Shown: positions 59,274 to 64,000 of the stretch, piece by piece
Numbering within the stretch: the stretch's first letter is position 1
Layout of the letters: every line of letters begins with the position of its first letter
From: Candidatus Krumholzibacteriia bacterium
Lineage (GTDB): Bacteria; Krumholzibacteriota; Krumholzibacteriia; JAJRXK01
NCBI GenBank assembly: GCA_041484665.1
Contig: JBGPIA010000002.1
Span: 640,001 to 704,000 of the forward strand
Reading direction: 5' to 3'
DNA length: 64,000 nt
Notes under the pieces: generated by a model
What the model was told of the DNA's origin: nothing
Seen by the model: only the letters and a program-made list of their open reading frames with translations
Database searches by the model: none
Translations under genes and position numbers: made by a program

Positions 59274-59290
59274 CCTCTGCGGAATCCGTG

Positions 59291-60727
59291 ATGCGTGGAA
59301 GCCGTTTCAAGCACTTCCAGATCCTCGCGCCGCTGGGCAGCGGGGGCATGGGCGAGGTGTATCTCGCCCTGGACACCACGCTGGAGCGCCGCATTGCGCT
59401 CAAGTTCCTCCCACGCTCGCTCACCGGAGATCCCGCCGCCCAGGGACGCCTGCTGGATGAGGCGCGCACCTGCTCGCGCATCCAGCACCCCAACGTCGCC
59501 GTCGTCCACTCCATCGAGGAGGACGGCGGCATCTTCGCCATCTGTATGGAGTACGTGGAGGGCATGACGGTGCGGGAGCTGATTGGCTCGAGGCCACTGC
59601 CCCTGCGCCAGGTGCTTTCGATCGCCACCGGCATCGCCGATGGACTACATGCGGCCCACGAGCTCAAGGTCATCCACCGGGACCTCAAGCCGGCGAACGT
59701 GATCGTGACCGACCACGGCGAAGTGAAGGTCATGGACTTCGGGCTGGCGCTGCGGCCGGCGCGCACGGTGCAGACCGCGGGTCCCGAGTCGTTCGGCACG
59801 GTGGCCTACATGTCGCCCGAGCAGGCCAGGGGCAGGGAGCTCGACCGGTCCACGGACATCTTCTCGTTCGGGTCGACGATCTACGAGATGCTGGCAGGGC
59901 GGCTCCCCTTCGAAGGCGAGAACGACCTCGCGGTATTGCAGGCGATCATCGGTCAGGAGCCACCCCCGTTGCGCGAGGTGCGCCGCGACGTGCCGCCAGC
60001 ACTCGACCGCCTCGTTCGCTGCTGCATGGAGAAGGACAAGGAGCGCCGCCACGGCACCATGGCCGCAGTCGCCGAGGACCTGCGCACGTTGCAGCCGATC
60101 GTCGAGAGCGGACCCAAGGACCTGATCGGTGAGCTCGCCTCGGGCCTGCGCGACAAGGAAACGAGGCTGCTGCGACCCTCCGGTCGCCAGCACCCCACGC
60201 GACTGTCCCCCACCGTCGCCCGCACGGCGCCGGCCCCCGGCACCTCCGCCAGCGTGGCCGACGTAGCGGTCGCCCCGAGCCCGCCCGGCGCGGGCGCCGC
60301 CGGGCGCGGCGGCGCGCGTGGCGCTGCCGGCGCACCGGGGCGGGTGGCTGCGCGCGGGGCCGCGCGCGCTGTGGCTCGCGCAGAGGCTCGCGGCGATGCG
60401 CCTGGAGCTGCCCGCAGCCCGGGCCGCCGCGCAGGCCGCGCTGCAGCACCGGCGGCCGGAACCAGCCCGGCGGCCGCCACACGGGAATCCGCGGCCGTCG
60501 CGGACGAGGCGGAGATGCTCGCCCGTTATTCGCGCCGGCGCATAGGCCCCAAAGCCATCCTCGGCATCTTCATCGCCTTCCTGATCGTCGCAATGGGGAT
60601 CTTCGTGCTGGGACGGATGAGCGCGCGGCACGCGGCCGCCAGGGCCGGCGCAGGCGTCCCGGCGGCCACAGAGACCCCCCAGGCCCCTCTGCAAGAACGG
60701 ACCGCTAGCAGCGGCGCGCGCCGCTGA
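59291..60727 (+). CDS. Hanks-type Ser/Thr protein kinase with a C-terminal TM helix
   Basis: LGSGGMGEVY, ALK, HRDLKPAN, DFG, GTVAYMSPEQ, DIFSFG; TM ILGIFIAFLIVAMGIFVL. Confidence 0.95.
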   Translation: MRGSRFKHFQILAPLGSGGMGEVYLALDTTLERRIALKFLPRSLTGDPAAQGRLLDEARTCSRIQHPNVAVVHSIEEDGGIFAICMEYVEGMTVRELIGSRPLPLRQVLSIATGIADGLHAAHELKVIHRDLKPANVIVTDHGEVKVMDFGLALRPARTVQTAGPESFGTVAYMSPEQARGRELDRSTDIFSFGSTIYEMLAGRLPFEGENDLAVLQAIIGQEPPPLREVRRDVPPALDRLVRCCMEKDKERRHGTMAAVAEDLRTLQPIVESGPKDLIGELASGLRDKETRLLRPSGRQHPTRLSPTVARTAPAPGTSASVADVAVAPSPPGAGAAGRGGARGAAGAPGRVAARGAARAVARAEARGDAPGAARSPGRRAGRAAAPAAGTSPAAATRESAAVADEAEMLARYSRRRIGPKAILGIFIAFLIVAMGIFVLGRMSARHAAARAGAGVPAATETPQAPLQERTASSGARR

Positions 60728-60744
60728 CCCCCCGGCGCCCGTCC

Positions 60745-61470
60745 TTAGCGCGGCCGCGTCGGCGCGACGAGCGCTAGCAACTCCGCCAGGATCATGGCGG
60801 TGGCGCCCCACAGCACGTTGCCGCCGCCGGGGCGCCCCCGGTCGCCTGGGCTTGCGGACCCCTCACTGCCGCGCGCAGTGTCGGCGCTGCCGCCGTTGAT
60901 GCGCCAACACGGGATCTCGTGTCGGGTCCCGCGGATCTCCAGGGGAAACGTCTGCTCGCAACTCGGCGTCTCGAGCTCCTCGAGCGACGTGATGAGGATC
61001 TCCGCGACTTCTTTGGGGTCGGGGCTGTAGGCGGGCGCACGGGCTGCGACGGTCACCACGGGCATCACACGGAAGCCGCTCACGGGGATGAAGTGGGGCG
61101 ACAGGCGGCCGATGACGCGCAGCTCACCGCTCTGGACGCCCAGCTCCTCGCGAGCCTCGCGCAGTGCGGTCTGCTCCGGCGTCTCGCCGGGCTCGCGGCT
61201 GCCGCCAGGTAGCGAGATCTGGCCGCTATGGGCGTCGTGGGCGACGCTCGTGCGGCGCATGAGCGGCAGGCAGACACGCTCTGCGTGCGGGTAGAGCAGG
61301 ATCAGGACGGCGGCGCGGCGCGCCTCGGCCGGGTCGATCACCGGCGGCCTGGCCGGCAGACGGCTGGGCCACATACGCTGCTTGGCGGGATCGCCGGGAA
61401 GAGCGCCCTGCGCGAGGGCCTGCTCCAGAGCGGCGAGGCGCTGGTGGGGTGTCGGCGGCGCGGCGGACAT
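60745..61470 (-). CDS. Nudix hydrolase, CoA pyrophosphatase type
   Basis: AAVLILLY, HSGQISLPGG, ALREAREELG, PKEVAEI, LWGATA.IL. Confidence 0.92.
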   Translation of the reverse strand: MSAAPPTPHQRLAALEQALAQGALPGDPAKQRMWPSRLPARPPVIDPAEARRAAVLILLYPHAERVCLPLMRRTSVAHDAHSGQISLPGGSREPGETPEQTALREAREELGVQSGELRVIGRLSPHFIPVSGFRVMPVVTVAARAPAYSPDPKEVAEILITSLEELETPSCEQTFPLEIRGTRHEIPCWRINGGSADTARGSEGSASPGDRGRPGGGNVLWGATAMILAELLALVAPTRPR

Positions 61471-61675
61471 GGGCGGCGGGGCCAATATACGAGGCCGGCC
61501 CGATCCGGCCAGACGCCCCAGGCGGCAACGGAGCGGCCGGCGAAGTCTCCGCCTCGCCGGCCGCACTCCACCGTTGCACCGGATCGCTCGCCACGCCGGC
61601 TGGGCCGCGGGCACGCCTGGCACCGCAGTTCACGCGGCGAGCGGCCGGGCCCGCGACGGAGCGATCAGGGACGAC

Positions 61676-64000
61676 TCACTTGACCATCCCGATCTTCCTC
61701 GCCTCGCAATGGCCGGATGCGGTGCTGAGCTGCACGAAGTAGACGCCGCTGGGCATCGGCGCGCCGCCATCAGCGCGACCATCCCAGCGCAGCTCGCTGT
61801 GCAGCCCAGCTTCGAGCACCGCGTCGACCAGCGAGCGCACCCTCTGGCCGCGCGCGTTGTAGATCGTCACGGCGGTCCGCTCACGCTGCGCCAGCGTGAA
61901 CAGGATCGTCGTGCTCGGGTTGAACGGGTTGGGCTGGTTGCCCAGCAACCGCGTCAGCCCCGACGGAACCGGCGGCGTCGGCGTGCTGTAGTCGACGGGC
62001 AGCCCCGGCGTCGCGGTATCGCCGCAGCCGAAGACGTGGCCGCCCGTCCCCCAGTTGGCCGCGTCGGTGTTATCGCCGAGCTCGTTCCACTGCATCGACG
62101 AGCCGTTGGGAATCGGCCAGGGCACCGCCCCGGTATAGTCCACCTCGTCGACCACGGTTCCCGCCGGGTTCAGCAGGATGATCTCGTCGGCCGCGTTGCC
62201 CAGCGCGAAGTTGGCGTACTGGTAGAACGGTGTGATCCCCTGCCCGGTCAGTGTCGCGGAATCGCGGGCGAAGACCACGTATTGGCCGGCGTTGATCAAG
62301 AGCGGCCCGCCGTTGCTGATCACGTGGAGGTCGGCGCCGGTGTCCTTCATCGTCCAGCCGTCGAGGTCGATGGTGACCGCGCCGTGGTTGCGCACCTCGA
62401 ACCACTCAGCGAGGTTGTCGGCCACGCAGAGTGGGTTCTGCATGATCTCGGTGATCTGGATCGCGCCCACGCCCAGGCTCGGATCCCGGATCACCGCCGT
62501 GGTGTTGGCAGCGATCGTGGCGCCGCCCAGGTCCTTCACATTGTTGACCCGCACCGAGTGCGAGATGCCGGCCGGCACGTTGGCGGCCAGCGTCAGCAGC
62601 ACCTGCGAGTCGGGCACCTGCACCGCGGCGCTGGTAACCGCAATCGTGGTGGCAGGACTGGAAGTCCGGAACACCACGTAATTGCCGGCCGTATTGCCCG
62701 AGACCGGATCGATGCTCTCATTGAACGTCAGCGTGACCTGATTGGCCGCGGTCAGCACTGCGTTGGTCAAGAGCGGCGGCGGGTTGCCCCCCGTCAGCGC
62801 GATGCCGGCCGCCTCGCCCACCAGGATCTCCCCCTGGCCGGTGAAGGTGCTGCCCGCGCCGCGCCCGACGATTTGATCGTTCAGGTGGAACGCAGTGTCG
62901 AGGTCGGCGCGCAGGTCGTCGTCCACGCGCACGATCACAGGCCCGCTGCCGTCGCTGATCGTAAAATTGTGGGCGGTGGTGCCCGCAGTGCCCGTGATCG
63001 CGATGGCCGTGATGACGCCCGTGGACTGGACGTAGGTGCCCTCGTTCCCGGGCGCGGCGGCGGCCGCCGTGCTCGGCTGGACGGCTGGCGTCCGCGGCGG
63101 GTTGCCGGTGCTGACCAGCTGGATGTCGTACTGCTCCAGCTCGACTGTGGTCGTGCTGAAGATGATCACCGTGCCGGTGATCTGCACGATGTTGGAGACG
63201 TCGTTCAGCAGAGTCTGCCCGAAGCTGCCGCCGTCACCGAAGATGTTGATTCCGCGGCCCGAGCCATCCTGCACGTAGGCGCTGGTGGCGTTGCCAGGGC
63301 CCTTGTAATCGCCGGGAACGTACACCTGGGCCTGGATCTGCACCTGCGTGCCGGTGTAGGTCCCGAGGTTCGCGTGGATCGTCGCGATGGGAGTGATCAC
63401 GTCGTTCTTCACGGTGTACGTGTTGGTCGTGGCCGGCGCGCCAGCGGGGCTCACCGAGAGGGCGCCCAGGTTGTCCTGCGCCTGAACGTAGTAGTCGACG
63501 ACCGTGTTGAGCGCCTGGCCGGGGATGGCCGCCTTGTGGGTGGTTCCGCTGTCCAGGGGCATCGCCACCGAGGTGAATCCGCCCCCGTTGATGCGGTAGT
63601 ACAGCGTGACCGAGCCCACGGTGCCGTCGATGTCGGAGACGTCGGCCTGGACGGTCGCGACTTCCGCGGGATTCACCACGAAGGGCCGCTGCGCCAGGTT
63701 GGTGATGGTCGGGGCCTGATTGCCGCAGCTGTTCGCCGCGCCAGGGGTGTCGTTGCCGACCGGCGGCAAGCCGTCCTGGCCCGCGTTCCATGTGCTTCCG
63801 CACTTGTGGACGTGCATGGGCGCTGCGCCCCCGGGGCCGGGCCCGACGGTCGTGGTGCAGTACACACGTTCGCTGGTCCCGGCCGCGCCGGTACACGCGA
63901 TGGTGTAATTGCCCACGAGCGCGACGCAGTCGACGATGCTGGTCCAGGGCGTGATATCCAGGACGCCGTCGTCGTTGGTGTCGAGGTCCTGAAGGGCAGC
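61676..64000 (-). CDS. Large secreted protein with lamin-tail, Ig-like and OB-like domains and a FlgD/T9SS-like CTD (5' end outside the window)
   Basis: Frame is open to the window edge (AALQDLDTNDDGVLD...); ITEIMQNP...EWFEVRN (lamin tail); NQPNPFNPSTTI.F...IYNARGQRV..L...WDGR..G..MPSGVYFVQL. Confidence 0.85.
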   Translation of the reverse strand, partial: AALQDLDTNDDGVLDITPWTSIVDCVALVGNYTIACTGAAGTSERVYCTTTVGPGPGGAAPMHVHKCGSTWNAGQDGLPPVGNDTPGAANSCGNQAPTITNLAQRPFVVNPAEVATVQADVSDIDGTVGSVTLYYRINGGGFTSVAMPLDSGTTHKAAIPGQALNTVVDYYVQAQDNLGALSVSPAGAPATTNTYTVKNDVITPIATIHANLGTYTGTQVQIQAQVYVPGDYKGPGNATSAYVQDGSGRGINIFGDGGSFGQTLLNDVSNIVQITGTVIIFSTTTVELEQYDIQLVSTGNPPRTPAVQPSTAAAAAPGNEGTYVQSTGVITAIAITGTAGTTAHNFTISDGSGPVIVRVDDDLRADLDTAFHLNDQIVGRGAGSTFTGQGEILVGEAAGIALTGGNPPPLLTNAVLTAANQVTLTFNESIDPVSGNTAGNYVVFRTSSPATTIAVTSAAVQVPDSQVLLTLAANVPAGISHSVRVNNVKDLGGATIAANTTAVIRDPSLGVGAIQITEIMQNPLCVADNLAEWFEVRNHGAVTIDLDGWTMKDTGADLHVISNGGPLLINAGQYVVFARDSATLTGQGITPFYQYANFALGNAADEIILLNPAGTVVDEVDYTGAVPWPIPNGSSMQWNELGDNTDAANWGTGGHVFGCGDTATPGLPVDYSTPTPPVPSGLTRLLGNQPNPFNPSTTILFTLAQRERTAVTIYNARGQRVRSLVDAVLEAGLHSELRWDGRADGGAPMPSGVYFVQLSTASGHCEARKIGMVK

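Overview
High-GC (roughly 70% by eye) bacterial core chromosome, mostly coded on the minus strand, with no prophage, IS element or CRISPR array visible. It carries smc (partial), selA, manC/PMM, the ispE-spoVG-prs-rplY-pth-rpsF-rpsR-rplI cluster, a GT4/WcaJ/UbiA-like/DUF362 block, recA/recX, thpR-cinA-pgpA, mglBA, dnaX-ybaB-recR, SRP RNA, six tRNAs (all four Ser isoacceptors, Arg-ACG, Ala-CGC), tadA, a peptidase S55 plus beta-propeller pair, a TonB-ExbB-ExbD/lipoprotein/beta-barrel/TPR/mnmA/AsmA operon, murB, comM, a Ser/Thr kinase and several secreted proteins. Outer-membrane barrels, FlgD/T9SS-like C-terminal domains, mglAB and spoVG suggest a diderm from an FCB-related candidate lineage such as Eisenbacteria, Krumholzibacteriota or Latescibacterota (inference only). 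The most interesting signals are: (1) two tandem secreted paralogs ending in a shared tail GVPxEQxSWGxLKxxY, a candidate uncharacterised protein-sorting signal; (2) a ThpR paralog lacking both catalytic HxT motifs, between thpR and recA; (3) a tRNA-Ser(UGA) with C33 and an irregular D-stem; (4) a degenerate P-loop domain fused to SPOR, between selA and smc; (5) a Gly-X-Lys collagen-like tail on ribosomal protein bL25. All calls come from reading motifs by eye; no database searches were run.
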